Shown piece after piece: positions 23,082-33,070 of a stretch of DNA of 64,000 nucleotides. The notes beneath the pieces are model-generated. The model saw nothing but the letters and a program-made list of their open reading frames with translations, was not told where the DNA came from and ran no database searches. How positions within the stretch are numbered: position 1 is the first letter of the stretch; the number at the start of each line of letters is the position of its first letter. The stretch is taken from positions 704,001 to 768,000 of the forward strand of contig CAWFSF010000002.1 in the NCBI GenBank assembly GCA_963818475.1, in the 5' to 3' direction. The DNA is from Nitrospirota bacterium (lineage in GTDB: Bacteria > Nitrospirota > UBA9217). The translations under genes were made by a program, and so were the position numbers.

Positions 23082-23894
23082 TTGGTGACGACGCGCCTTA
23101 CAGAAGCTCAGGTCACGCAGGCCTGTAAGACCCTTTTCGGATCGGACGTAATTGTCCGCCGGCCTTTTCTTCTGTACATCCAGCCGAGCGGGGCCAAGTC
23201 CGCCTATCGGCGGAAGGCCAAGGAAACGCATCCCGATCTCTTTGCCGGCGCAGATCCCCTTGAGCAGAGAAAGCAGGCCCTGTTGTTCATCGAGATCCTG
23301 AAGGCCTATGATGTGCTGAATGCTTTTTTCAAGCAGCGGGACGAGGGGCTTTGGAAGGAAGTGAAGAAGGCGACGGCGCCACGGACACAGCGTGCAGCAC
23401 CGAAGAAGCCGGAGGCTGCGCGCAAGCAGCCTCCGAAGCCTTCTGAAAAGGCCACGCAGTTCTGGGGAGGCGGGGTCCCGTTCCGGCCGCTCGAGATCGG
23501 CCGCTATCTCTATTACAGCAAGCGCATCTCCTACCAGGCGTTGATCGACGCCCTGATCTGGCAGCGAAACCAGCGGCCCATTATCGGCGAGATTGCAGTC
23601 AGGTGGGGATGGCTCAACGCCGGCGCCATCGACCGCATCGCCCAGTCCAGCGGGGTTTCAGGCCGGTTCGGCGAGAAAGCGATAGGTCTCGGCCTGCTCT
23701 CGTCCTTCCAGGTAAAGACGCTGCTGTCCTTTCAACGGTCACAGCAGGAGCGACTGGGACACTATTTCGTCAAGCACAAACTGCTTGCCAAAGACGACCT
23801 GGAACGCTTTGTCGCGGACCTGCAGGATCACAACGCGCGCGTCGTTGCGCGGTTCATGAGGACCGGCGAGCCCGAGCAGACCGCCAACGCCTGA
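23082..23894 (+). CDS. J-domain protein with C-terminal MshEN-like repeats
   Basis: KSAYRRKAKETHPD motif; repeats such as RFGEKAIGLGLL...LLSFQ and RLGHYFV. Confidence 0.75.
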   Translation: MVTTRLTEAQVTQACKTLFGSDVIVRRPFLLYIQPSGAKSAYRRKAKETHPDLFAGADPLEQRKQALLFIEILKAYDVLNAFFKQRDEGLWKEVKKATAPRTQRAAPKKPEAARKQPPKPSEKATQFWGGGVPFRPLEIGRYLYYSKRISYQALIDALIWQRNQRPIIGEIAVRWGWLNAGAIDRIAQSSGVSGRFGEKAIGLGLLSSFQVKTLLSFQRSQQERLGHYFVKHKLLAKDDLERFVADLQDHNARVVARFMRTGEPEQTANA

Positions 23895-24090
23895 CCCTGG
23901 TAACTAAAGATACCATTGGACACGGATAACAGAATAGGCAGTCTAAGCGAACTCGGATAAACGCGGATAGAGACAATGCTGAACTGTTTTTGATCGCTAC
24001 ATGACTACTGCTTTTGATTGCGAAGAGCGTTTCAACTCATAGCTTGGTCCTATCTGCGATCGCGTATATCTTCGCCATGTCGGGTCAGTG

Positions 24091-24842
24091 TTATTCAAGC
24101 GCGACCGTAAAGCTTCCCGGATACCCGCGCTCTGAAAAGTTCTTCTCCGCTTCTTCCGCAGCGCTCAACGACGAGTACTTGCCCGCATAGACGCGGTAGA
24201 AGAGTCGCCATTCACGTTCGTCATGCGCACGTCCGAAAACCCGTAGAGCTTTCGCATTTCCCCGGACAGCCGCTCTGCATTCGCCTTCTCCTTGAACGCT
24301 CCGACCTGCACGGTGTAGTCGCCTGCATCGTAGGAGGCCGGCGCCTTATACTGCTCCTTGCCGCCGTCCTGCCGGTATCCCAGGGCTTCGATCCGAACGA
24401 GCGCTGTGCCGGCCATATCGACACCAAGTGTTTTCGCTGCTGCGTAGGAGAGGTCGAGGATGCGGCCCTTGACAAAGGGGCCGCGGTCGTTCACCCGGAC
24501 CGTTGTTTCGCGTCCGTTCTCCCGGTTGCTGACCTTGAGGTACACGCCGAGCGGCAGGGTCTTGTGCGCCGCGGTCATGGCGTGCATATCGTAGATCTCT
24601 CCGTTGCTCGTTTTCTTGCCGTGAAAGTCCTTGCCGTACCAGCTCGCGACGCCGGACTGCACAAATCCTTCGTGGCTCCGGAGCGGCTCATAGCGCTGGC
24701 CGTTCACGGTGTACGGTTTCTGCGACGCCTTGACCCGCTGCCCCGGTTCGGGCGACTTCGCAACATTTGCTTTTTTTGTTCCGCAGGCTGAAAGAGCCAG
24801 GATACAGCAGAGAACAAGGAGAGAAGGTCTGAATATCCGCAT
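24091..24842 (-). CDS. rlpA: Septal ring lytic transglycosylase RlpA (lipoprotein with SPOR domain), frameshift near 24205
   Basis: Lipobox LSAC, GVASWYG, TAAHKTLP, VNDRGPF, VQVGAF; the shifted frame ends at 24091. Confidence 0.92.
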
Positions 24843-24966
24843 CGAGCCCCCAGTATGTTGGACTGCTCCTCCTAAAAAACCGTTCCGCAACAGAGAAGAG
24901 TGATGCTATAATACGGATTATCGTATGCAAGAGCAATAATAAATATTGCATCCAAAAGGAGCGACC

Positions 24967-25272
24967 ATGATCAAACATCTGGTGATGTGGAAACTGAAAG
25001 ACGTTGCCGAAGGCGCAACCAAAGAACAGAATGCACGGAAAATGAAAACCGACCTGGAGGCGCTCAAACACAAGATCCCTCAGGTCAGGCAGATCGAGGT
25101 CGGACTGAACTTCCTCCCGTCGGATTCTGCCTATGATGTGGCGCTCTATTCGGAATTCGAGACCGAAGAGGACCTGGCGCTCTACCAGAAGCATCCGGAA
25201 CATCGCAGCGTCGGCGCATTTGTTGCAAAGATCGCGGAGAGCCGTGTTGTTGTTGACTATAAAACGAACTGA
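24967..25272 (+). CDS. Dabb-family stress-responsive alpha/beta barrel protein
   Basis: MIKHLVMWKLK...YDVALYSEF...YQKHPEH...VVDY. Confidence 0.88.
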   Translation: MIKHLVMWKLKDVAEGATKEQNARKMKTDLEALKHKIPQVRQIEVGLNFLPSDSAYDVALYSEFETEEDLALYQKHPEHRSVGAFVAKIAESRVVVDYKTN

Positions 25273-25298
25273 GAAGAAGGCTTCCGGCACCAGTGCAA

Positions 25299-25323
25299 GG
25301 GCGGGTTTCAAACCCGCCCCTAC
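25299..25323 (-). repeat. REP-like palindrome
   Basis: Minus strand GTAG-GGGCGGGTTTGAAACCCGCCC; related copy at 37572-37597. Confidence 0.7.
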
Positions 25324-25347
25324 TTGTCAGGAGAAACAATGGACCGG

Positions 25348-26288
25348 ATGGTAACAACAAAACCACAGGCTCTCGTCGTCAGTGCCGCAGATGCCGGACA
25401 GCGGATAGATGCATTTGCCGCGCACAGCACGGGCATGTCCCGATCGCGTGCGGCCGGTCTCGTGGAGGAAGGCCATGTCCTTGTCAACGGCAAAGAGCGT
25501 AAAGCCCTCGGCAAAACTGCGACTCGGAGACGAGGTATCTATTCGCCTTCCCGAGCCTGCCCCCGATGACACGCTCATCCCCGAGGACATTCCGCTCCGG
25601 ATACTCTTCAAGGATGAACACCTGGTCGTTATCGACAAACCAGCAGGCCTCGTCGTGTATCCGGCTGCCGGGCATCGAAGCGGAACGCTTATGAACGCTT
25701 TGCGGTATCTGGTGGGCCCGCTGTCCGCTCCCGGTGGGCCGCTGCGGCCCGGCGTGGTCCATCGTCTTGACAAGGACACCTCGGGCGTCATGGTGGTTGC
25801 TCTGGATGACGCGTCCTATTATTCGCTGGTGGAGCAGTTCAGGGCGCGGACGATCCGGCGGGAATACCGGGCACTGGTATTCGGCTGTCCGTCTGCGAAA
25901 GAAGGTGAGATCGATGCGCAGATCGGGCGCTCTACCGCCGACCGGAAAAAAATGTCCGTTCACAGCCACGCGGGCAAGGAGGCAAGGACCTCCTGGAAAC
26001 TCCTCAAAAAATTGAACGGAGCGGCCTTCGTCAGCGCAAAGCTCGGCACGGGAAGGACGCACCAGATCCGGGTGCATTTTCTTTCCCTGGGCCACCCCGT
26101 GCTGGGCGACCGGATCTACGGAGAAAAGACCTCGATCATGCAGAACAACAAACGGATCTCGTTCCCGCGCCAGATGCTTCACGCCGCGACCCTTGGGTTC
26201 ACTGCACCCGGTGAGCAACGAATGGATAAGCTTTGAATCCCCCCTGCCTGAGGACATGGAAAAGGCGCTGACGGAGCTTGGCGGGTGA
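25348..26288 (+). CDS. rluD: RluA/RluD-family pseudouridine synthase, frameshifts near 25490 and 26210
   Basis: S4-like GQRID, DKPAGLVV, RPGVVHRLDKDTSG, TGRTHQIRVH, QMLHA, SPLPEDM. Confidence 0.88.
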
Positions 26289-26375
26289 GACATGAAGGCC
26301 GCGCCTTCAGATTCGAATAGCTGGTGTCTTGACAGATGTCGCTTGTGTAGTGTATTGAAGTATAGGAGGTGCGCC

Positions 26376-26478
26376 ATGAGATCAGTCCTGTCAATAAGTT
26401 TGCCCGATAAGGTTGCCCATGAGCTCGACCGGTTCGCAAAGAGCTAGGGGCGGAACAAGAGCGACGTTGTTAAAGAGC
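26376..26478 (+). pseudogene. Truncated ribbon-helix-helix (CopG-like) gene at the island edge
   Basis: AGGAGG RBS then MRSVLSISLPDKVAHELDRFAKS*GRNKSDVVKE; in-frame TAG at 26445. Confidence 0.6.
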
Positions 26479-26712
26479 GGACGACGCAACGGGTGTAAAA
26501 ACGTTATATAGGCGCCCTAAGGGGGGGCGGCCAGGGCGATACATACAATCCGTTTGACACGATAATTAAATAGGCCTAAGATTAAAATACCACTGTGTAT
26601 TTTCAAGCCCCCGTGTTACAGAAACGTGGGCCGCAAAGGCAGAATAATGAGCTTTGCTCGCTTCTTAACTGAAATCCACGTTTTGAGAATAGCAAGAGAA
26701 GGGGTGTAATAC

Positions 26713-27756
26713 TTGGATATTCTGAATAATAATAGTTTGCGGAAGACTCCAGTTTATGATGTCTACTGGCGTTTTGCAGCTGAGCGGCAGAATATATTCT
26801 TTAACCGGCTTCTTCAAGAAAAAGCACCTTGGACTATGGATCCCATAATGGCTAAATACAAGTTTACCAATACGTACAGAGTGTTGGATAGGGTGAGTCA
26901 GTTTCTGATTTCCAATATAATTAATCCCGATATGGAAAGTGATCTGTCGGATGAGGATAAGCTCTTCAGAATACTCTTATATAAAATCTTCAATAAGATT
27001 CAAACATGGCAATTGCTTGAGGACGCACTTGGGGAACTCTCATGGCGTAGGTATTCTTTCCAAGAGTACGACAGGGTCTTGAGTGCAGCTTTTCAAAATG
27101 GCACTATCTATTCTGCTGCATACATTATGGCATCCGGGAAGAGTGTATTCGGTTGCGAACGAAAGCATCAGAATCACCTGAAGTTACTCGAATACATGAT
27201 GAAGAGCAACATAACCATGAAAGTTGTATCGTCGCAGTCTATGGCTCAACTCTATAATGTGCTGATATCATATCCGCTTGTTGGGCCATTCTTAGCCTAC
27301 CAGTATGCAACAGACATAAATTATAGTTGGCTTACGGACTTTTCAGAGAAAGATTTCGTGGTTGCTGGGCCTGGTGCTCGCGATGGAATAGCAAAGTGTT
27401 TTTCTAATAGAGCATCCTATTCAGATGAAGTTATAATTCGCTCTATGATGGAAAATCAGAATGCTGAATTTGAACGTTTAGGGTTGGATTTCAAAAGTCT
27501 GTTCGGAAGGCCACTACAGCTAATCGACTGCCAGAACATATTTTGTGAAGTCGGAAAATATGCTCGCATCTCACATCCCGACATTAAGGACAAAAGTGGA
27601 CGATTGAAAATTAAGCAGCTCTATCGCACTTCTGGAGCCATCCTCCCACCGTCTTTTCCAGAAAAATGGAGGCTATCAACTGCCGTACACACATTTACTA
27701 ATACTCACCTAGTTCAAGCAAGACTTCGGGGGGGATATTCACTAGAGTTAGGGTGA
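26713..27756 (+). CDS. 5-hmdU DNA kinase helical domain / aGPT-PPlase clade 1-like protein
   Basis: YWRFAAERQ, PWTxDP..YKFTN.YR..DRVSQ, IYSAAY, GPFLAYQ..TD, GPGA.DG, DCQN.FCE..KY. Confidence 0.75.
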   Translation: MDILNNNSLRKTPVYDVYWRFAAERQNIFFNRLLQEKAPWTMDPIMAKYKFTNTYRVLDRVSQFLISNIINPDMESDLSDEDKLFRILLYKIFNKIQTWQLLEDALGELSWRRYSFQEYDRVLSAAFQNGTIYSAAYIMASGKSVFGCERKHQNHLKLLEYMMKSNITMKVVSSQSMAQLYNVLISYPLVGPFLAYQYATDINYSWLTDFSEKDFVVAGPGARDGIAKCFSNRASYSDEVIIRSMMENQNAEFERLGLDFKSLFGRPLQLIDCQNIFCEVGKYARISHPDIKDKSGRLKIKQLYRTSGAILPPSFPEKWRLSTAVHTFTNTHLVQARLRGGYSLELG

Positions 27757-27919
27757 GAAATGCCGACCATGTGATTTAATCAAGGACATGATGGCCATTA
27801 TCGGTAGTGATGCGCGTGAATTACATGGATATTTGGCCTGTTATCTCGTTTATTTCAAGCGACGATTTTAACCTGAAAAGGGGCTACGCAGGCATGGCTC
27901 GAGTATCGCGAGGATAAAA

Positions 27920-28417
27920 ATGAGCACAACTAATACAAAGAACGTTTTCATTAGTCATCACCACGAAGACGATGCACACGTTGACAAGTTGACAAATTTG
28001 CTTAGCAAGAAAGGATTTAACATCAGAAATAGTTCCATCCGAGCAAAACCAGCGAATCAGGAGCGTTTAGAAAAGGGACTTATCAAGGAGGCAGTGCTCA
28101 AACGTTTGCTCCGGATGAAGATATCCTGGGCAGGGTCGGTTATAGTCCTAGTTGGTAAGGAGACACACTCGCGCCCCTGGGTAAACTGGGAAATCGATCA
28201 GGCGCATAAGCAGGGGAAGAACATTGTAGGCATTTATGAGCATGGACTCAAGGACAAGGTTGATCTCCCGCCTTTTTTAGAAAAGTACAGAACGTCGCAA
28301 GTTGTTGGTTGGGATTCGGATGCTATTATCGACGCGATTGAAGGAAAATCAGTTTTTCAGAATCCCGATGGGACACCTTCTCCTCGGAATGACGGACCTC
28401 ACATAACGTGCAAGTAG
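27920..28417 (+). CDS. TIR-domain protein (ThsB / MTH538-like)
   Basis: VFISH, VIVLVG..T..RPWVNWEI with the catalytic-position Glu, IVGI. Confidence 0.82.
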   Translation: MSTTNTKNVFISHHHEDDAHVDKLTNLLSKKGFNIRNSSIRAKPANQERLEKGLIKEAVLKRLLRMKISWAGSVIVLVGKETHSRPWVNWEIDQAHKQGKNIVGIYEHGLKDKVDLPPFLEKYRTSQVVGWDSDAIIDAIEGKSVFQNPDGTPSPRNDGPHITCK

Positions 28418-29067
28418 AATCCACAAAATATTTGTACATCTATGTTGTAGATCGAGATTTCGGGTTCGCTCCAAACCCGTTCCATGGGTACTGCACTTTG
28501 GCTACATGTAAGCCAGACATCAGGAGAACAGCTCATGTTGGCGACTGGGTTATGGGCGTTGGCGGACGACGTTTGAATGCGACGGGAAGATGCATATACT
28601 TGATGAAAGTGTCCGAGATTCTTACCTTTGATGAATATTGGTCAGATAAAAGGTTTTGGGTCAAAAAGCCCATCCGAAACGGAAGCCTTGTGATGATGGT
28701 CGGTGACAATGTTTACCATCGGAATAATATCGAAGAGGACTGGACACAAGAAGACTCACACCATAGCAACGAGGATGGCTCTATCAACCATGAGAATGTA
28801 AGGATAGACACAAAATCTATTAATGTCCTTATTTCACATCACTTCTACTATTTCGGTAGCGTCGCGCCAGTAGTCGATTTGTCAACTATTGGCTATAAGA
28901 ATGGAATAGGCCATCGGAAAAAGTCACTGGAAGATTCTAATGTAGCTGTTCTTGTGAAGAAGATTGAAGATCAGTTCAGAAGAGATAGGAATACGGTTAT
29001 TGCTGACCCCATCAATTTTGAGCATGCTTCAAAGCGAGTTGATCAGGGTACTGGGAAAATTAGATGA
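28408..29067 (+). CDS. Nucleotide modification-associated domain 2 (Nmad2)-like protein
   Basis: YVVDRDFGFAPNPFHGYCTLATCKP.IR...GDW, GDN.Y, VLIS..FYYFG; overlaps the TIR stop. Confidence 0.75.
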   Translation: MQVESTKYLYIYVVDRDFGFAPNPFHGYCTLATCKPDIRRTAHVGDWVMGVGGRRLNATGRCIYLMKVSEILTFDEYWSDKRFWVKKPIRNGSLVMMVGDNVYHRNNIEEDWTQEDSHHSNEDGSINHENVRIDTKSINVLISHHFYYFGSVAPVVDLSTIGYKNGIGHRKKSLEDSNVAVLVKKIEDQFRRDRNTVIADPINFEHASKRVDQGTGKIR

Positions 29068-29109
29068 GTATATCGAGAGGAGCATGTATTCTGAAAGGAG
29101 GAATTATCC

Positions 29110-29748
29110 TTGCCGAATCTTATCAAAATAGCTTTTGATTATACAAAGCCGTCGATGACTATCGAATCCGACTGGTTATTGTTCATTGTTTTATTAGTAA
29201 TCATTCTGCTGGTTGTTATATTGCGTAAGAAGGGATTCTTGTCATGGTTTAACCGATATGATATGGAAGTCGAGATATCAGGAGCACCGAAAATAAAGGT
29301 CAAGGTAGAAAGAAATAATGAAAATCTATTCATTGCCAATCGAATATACATAGAACTGACAACTAGGAAGGCAGCAATTCCTTTTGACGAAGATAATGAT
29401 GTAATCGCAGAAGTTTATGACTCATGGTATAAGTTGTTTGGAATCATTCGTGAAGAAATAAAGAGCGTACCTGGTAGATATCTAAAAGACCACGATCCTA
29501 CTTCTGCCCTAATCGGCCTCACTACAAAAATACTGAATGAGGGATTAAGGCCTCATTTGACACTATATCAGGCAAGGTTTAGAAAATGGTACGAAGAAGA
29601 AAAGGAGCGGCCAGAAAATAAACTATTATCACCTCATGAGATTCAGAGGAAATATCCCGATTACAAAAAATTAGTTGATTCGATCAAACAAGTTAATAAA
29701 ACCCTGACTGAGTTTGCAACCGAGTTGAACAAATTGATAAAAGGTTAG
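29110..29748 (+). CDS. Single-TM protein of unknown function (candidate effector)
   Basis: Strong N-terminal TM helix; helical domain IELTTRK...EVYDSWY...LNEGLRPHLT; RBS AAAGGAGG. Confidence 0.7.
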   Translation: MPNLIKIAFDYTKPSMTIESDWLLFIVLLVIILLVVILRKKGFLSWFNRYDMEVEISGAPKIKVKVERNNENLFIANRIYIELTTRKAAIPFDEDNDVIAEVYDSWYKLFGIIREEIKSVPGRYLKDHDPTSALIGLTTKILNEGLRPHLTLYQARFRKWYEEEKERPENKLLSPHEIQRKYPDYKKLVDSIKQVNKTLTEFATELNKLIKG

Positions 29749-29834
29749 CTGACAAGACCGCAGCGCCGTTCTTTTCAAACCCTATAGGTGCGACACTAAA
29801 CTGGTAGATTTCGAATTTATTCTGTGAAGATGAA

Positions 29835-31400
29835 TCAAGTGATAATTTTTGGAAAATAAGTTTGATATTCAGTGATTTTATCTTTGAGCTTGCTTTGATC
29901 TTCCTCAATAAACGGTAAGATCTTCAGAAATTTTTCATAGGGAATTGCAATACCATTGATTGTAACGACGGGATGACTGCCTGGCTTCGCTTCATATTTG
30001 TACGTTGTTAACGTTTCATCCTTAACCGTAAATTCTAGCGTAAATTTTTTTTCTGTTGAATCGACCCCTATCCTCAATATTTTATTGAACATTTCGACTT
30101 TTGCTTTAAAGAACCCCACCAGTGACTTTTGCTTATATTGGGCGTCCCTTTGTTTGAATTCATAGTCAATAGAAACCATTGTTTCAGAAAACTCATTTAG
30201 TGTAACTGATTCTCCTGGATCGTGAAATGCCATAAGATCAAATGTCGGCCGCCCCCAAAACTGAATTTCATCTACAATCAATAAAAGAAAAGAGAACGTA
30301 TTTGGTTTGAAATGATAAATTTCGTGGCAGGTGTGAGATGCTATCGATCTTAATATTTCTCTTCGGATTATGAATTGACGAGCTTCTTCTTCACCTTTTA
30401 ATGTATCGATATTATCAAAATCAAAGTTGGTTTCAAGAAAGTAAACTAAATTTTTTGCAAGAACTAAGCAACTTATTAAACCATGATCAAATCGTTCGAA
30501 TGACCTTGAAAACTTCAGATAATACTTGGCTTGAATGTGTGTACTAAAAGCGTTTTGAGTTTTAGTAAATAAGCGTTTAATAACTCCATTGTCACTTTTC
30601 TTAACACGCGAACTCAAGTATTTTAAAATTGCATCATTAATAAACTGGTTTTGTTGCGGGAATGCAAAGGAAAACTCGTCGAGTTTTGTTTTTGCAAAAA
30701 ACTTCATCATTTTTTTTAAGTTATCATTTATTTTATCTACCATTCCCAATGGATAACCCAAATCGTGTGTTAATGCTATTATGCACCATATAGCATCCTC
30801 CTCACCTTCAAACAAAACACCATTGTTTCGTCGAGATATATTAAGTTTCTTTTCGGCATCTTGACCTTCTGTTATATCAATATTTGTAATGTGGGGCTTT
30901 ATGTCTTTGTGATCGAAAATATCAATTGGAAATTTATCATCGAAAGAATTAAAAAGTAGGAATTGACCTGTAAGCCAGACTCTAATTAAATGGTAGACAT
31001 GATCTCTATAAAACTGTTCCGCGCCATATAATAACCTTTCAAATTCAATAAAAGTCTTAAAATAATCTTTAAGAGAATAAACACCTAAAGAGCCTTCACT
31101 AATTATTCCATAGGCAGATTTAAGGTCTGGTGGTCTTTTATTAGGTGGGAACTCTGTTAAATCATGCCATTTTAGATATTTAATAGCGTCGATCAAAAGA
31201 CGTTCCCAAAGATTTAAGACAATAATTGGGTCTATCTTTGACGTATCAAAAATATCTTTTAGCTGGGTTTTATCATTTGTATCAGGAAATTTACTTATAA
31301 TTTTTACGGTTTCTTCGGATAAAAATTGAATTCTCCCTTGCTCCTTTTTTAAAAAATCAATAAGAAACTTATCGTCAAGTTTTTGATTAAGTGGAGCCAT
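29835..31400 (-). CDS. HD-superfamily phosphohydrolase-like protein
   Basis: YRDHVYH..RV, ALTHDLGYP, DHG, IASH, DEIQFWGR. Confidence 0.7.
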   Translation of the reverse strand: MAPLNQKLDDKFLIDFLKKEQGRIQFLSEETVKIISKFPDTNDKTQLKDIFDTSKIDPIIVLNLWERLLIDAIKYLKWHDLTEFPPNKRPPDLKSAYGIISEGSLGVYSLKDYFKTFIEFERLLYGAEQFYRDHVYHLIRVWLTGQFLLFNSFDDKFPIDIFDHKDIKPHITNIDITEGQDAEKKLNISRRNNGVLFEGEEDAIWCIIALTHDLGYPLGMVDKINDNLKKMMKFFAKTKLDEFSFAFPQQNQFINDAILKYLSSRVKKSDNGVIKRLFTKTQNAFSTHIQAKYYLKFSRSFERFDHGLISCLVLAKNLVYFLETNFDFDNIDTLKGEEEARQFIIRREILRSIASHTCHEIYHFKPNTFSFLLLIVDEIQFWGRPTFDLMAFHDPGESVTLNEFSETMVSIDYEFKQRDAQYKQKSLVGFFKAKVEMFNKILRIGVDSTEKKFTLEFTVKDETLTTYKYEAKPGSHPVVTINGIAIPYEKFLKILPFIEEDQSKLKDKITEYQTYFPKIIT

Positions 31401-31504
31401 AATCGTTATCTCCGAAAAATACGACAACCACAATGTCGTTGGTCAAAGCTCTATCGAAAACCACAAGCAATAATTTAGACCAGCATATTTACTTTTTAAA
31501 AAAG

Positions 31505-32590
31505 CTATGAGGCCGCCTGTTTGCGCGGAGGAGTTACTTGAATTTGATTTGTTTTTTGGAGGGGGCAAAGTGGATCTGGCCCATGGTAAATGCTGCCAAA
31601 TTTATAATAGCGTTGCGCGACACATCGGCCATTGCAGTAGTTTGATTCGGAGCAACTATTACAACCACTCACCATTGTTACATCAAGATCACGTAGTTGT
31701 TCTAATTCTGAACTATGATGCCATATAGTCTCTAGGGATTGCTTATTTATATTAGCCAACCCAAACTTAGGTGCATGCTTAAAAGCAGGACAAGGTACGG
31801 CTGTGCCATCATAGCTGATTAGTAGAGTAGAAATTCCAGCTTTACATTGAACAGGCGTTATCGTTCTATCCACCATCGAACAGAAATTCATCGGACACCC
31901 TGTTCTAATCTGAACAAAGTCACGAAGCTCGTTTTTAATGGCGACAACTTCATTTATGAATTGATTGAATTCTGTTTGATTTAACTCAAGCCGTTGTTTA
32001 TTGGTCTTACCTCGTCCTTGGCCTACAAATCTCAAGACTGCCACTTCATCTACTTTTAATTCCTTACATAACTCGGCCACCGCTCGAAAATCGGCATAGT
32101 TCAACTTCATCGGAACAAAGTGTACACCTACCCATAAACCGGCATCTTTTGCATTTTTTATGCTGCTTATGACACTTGTATAACTGCCCTTAGCCCTGCT
32201 GACTTTTTCGTGAATTTGGGCAGTCGAACCCTCCAAGTTAAAAATAATCCGGTCTAAGTGCAGGGCCTTAAATTGTATTAGCTGCTCCTTGGAAATGCCG
32301 CTGTTCGACTTTCCTAAAAAACCAGAAGTATAAAGTCTAACTTTGAATTGACTAGATGCTTCTTGGATTAACGTGTTTATATCAGGATGGAGCAACGGCT
32401 CTCCGCCCGATAGTTCAATAACATGCGTACCTAGGAGCTTTGCATCGTGAAGGATTTCTCTAAATTTGGGCAGGTCGATTTTTGAGGAGTTACTTATTGT
32501 AGATGAGGATGAACAATGCACGCAGTTCATCATGCATTTTCCAGTTACTTCGATACATAATTCTTCCAGGCCAGTTATTAGTTTTGCCAT
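31505..32590 (-). CDS. Radical SAM / SPASM-domain protein
   Basis: CMMNCVHC, SGGEPL, CKAG...PCP, CNSC...C.GRC...DPLCP. Confidence 0.9.
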   Translation of the reverse strand: MAKLITGLEELCIEVTGKCMMNCVHCSSSSTISNSSKIDLPKFREILHDAKLLGTHVIELSGGEPLLHPDINTLIQEASSQFKVRLYTSGFLGKSNSGISKEQLIQFKALHLDRIIFNLEGSTAQIHEKVSRAKGSYTSVISSIKNAKDAGLWVGVHFVPMKLNYADFRAVAELCKELKVDEVAVLRFVGQGRGKTNKQRLELNQTEFNQFINEVVAIKNELRDFVQIRTGCPMNFCSMVDRTITPVQCKAGISTLLISYDGTAVPCPAFKHAPKFGLANINKQSLETIWHHSSELEQLRDLDVTMVSGCNSCSESNYCNGRCVAQRYYKFGSIYHGPDPLCPLQKTNQIQVTPPRKQAAS

Positions 32591-32599
32591 TTTATCAGC

Positions 32600-33070
32600 T
32601 CATAATATTTGTCGCCTAGATGCTTTTACTCTCAGTGCCTTATCGGGTATTTCAAACTTGTTAAGTGTTAAAGATCTAACCAATGACTTTGTTTCCGCAG
32701 TCGTGATGAGAGAGTACTGTCTAGTGACGGGATCGTAGTCTCGGCTGCCTTCAATTACATATGGAACATTTCCGATAACGTAGAACGATTTTTCACTCAA
32801 AGGAGATTTTACTTCAGGAAAATCTTTTTTAAATTCCTGAACGGCCCTCTTAATTCTGTACGTACTGGCACCGGCCTCATTGAGTCTAAGAATAGTTTTG
32901 ATAGTTACAAGATCAGTGAAAGAATATCTATAATGACCGCCCTTGCTCTTTTTGCTGAGATCAGGGGATAAAATCCCTATTTTTCTCCAGTATAGCAGAA
33001 CCTTCCTGTTGATACCAAGAATGGCCTCTATATGACTGCTTGTGAAGTATAAATTGATGTTTTCTTCCAT
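32600..33070 (-). CDS. MerR-type HTH protein
   Basis: ILGINRKVLLYWRKIGILSP...YRYSFTDL; ends 9 nt before the radical SAM start; start codon uncertain. Confidence 0.8.
   Translation of the reverse strand: MEENINLYFTSSHIEAILGINRKVLLYWRKIGILSPDLSKKSKGGHYRYSFTDLVTIKTILRLNEAGASTYRIKRAVQEFKKDFPEVKSPLSEKSFYVIGNVPYVIEGSRDYDPVTRQYSLITTAETKSLVRSLTLNKFEIPDKALRVKASRRQIL

Noticed and set aside
27920-28417. Complete Thoeris system
   Set aside because: A ThsB-like TIR is present, but no SIR2-SLOG or TM-macro ThsA is recognisable nearby
31505-32590. Prokaryotic viperin or RiPP cluster
   Set aside because: The SPASM cysteine pattern is unlike viperin; no precursor peptide, RRE/PqqD gene or exporter is visible
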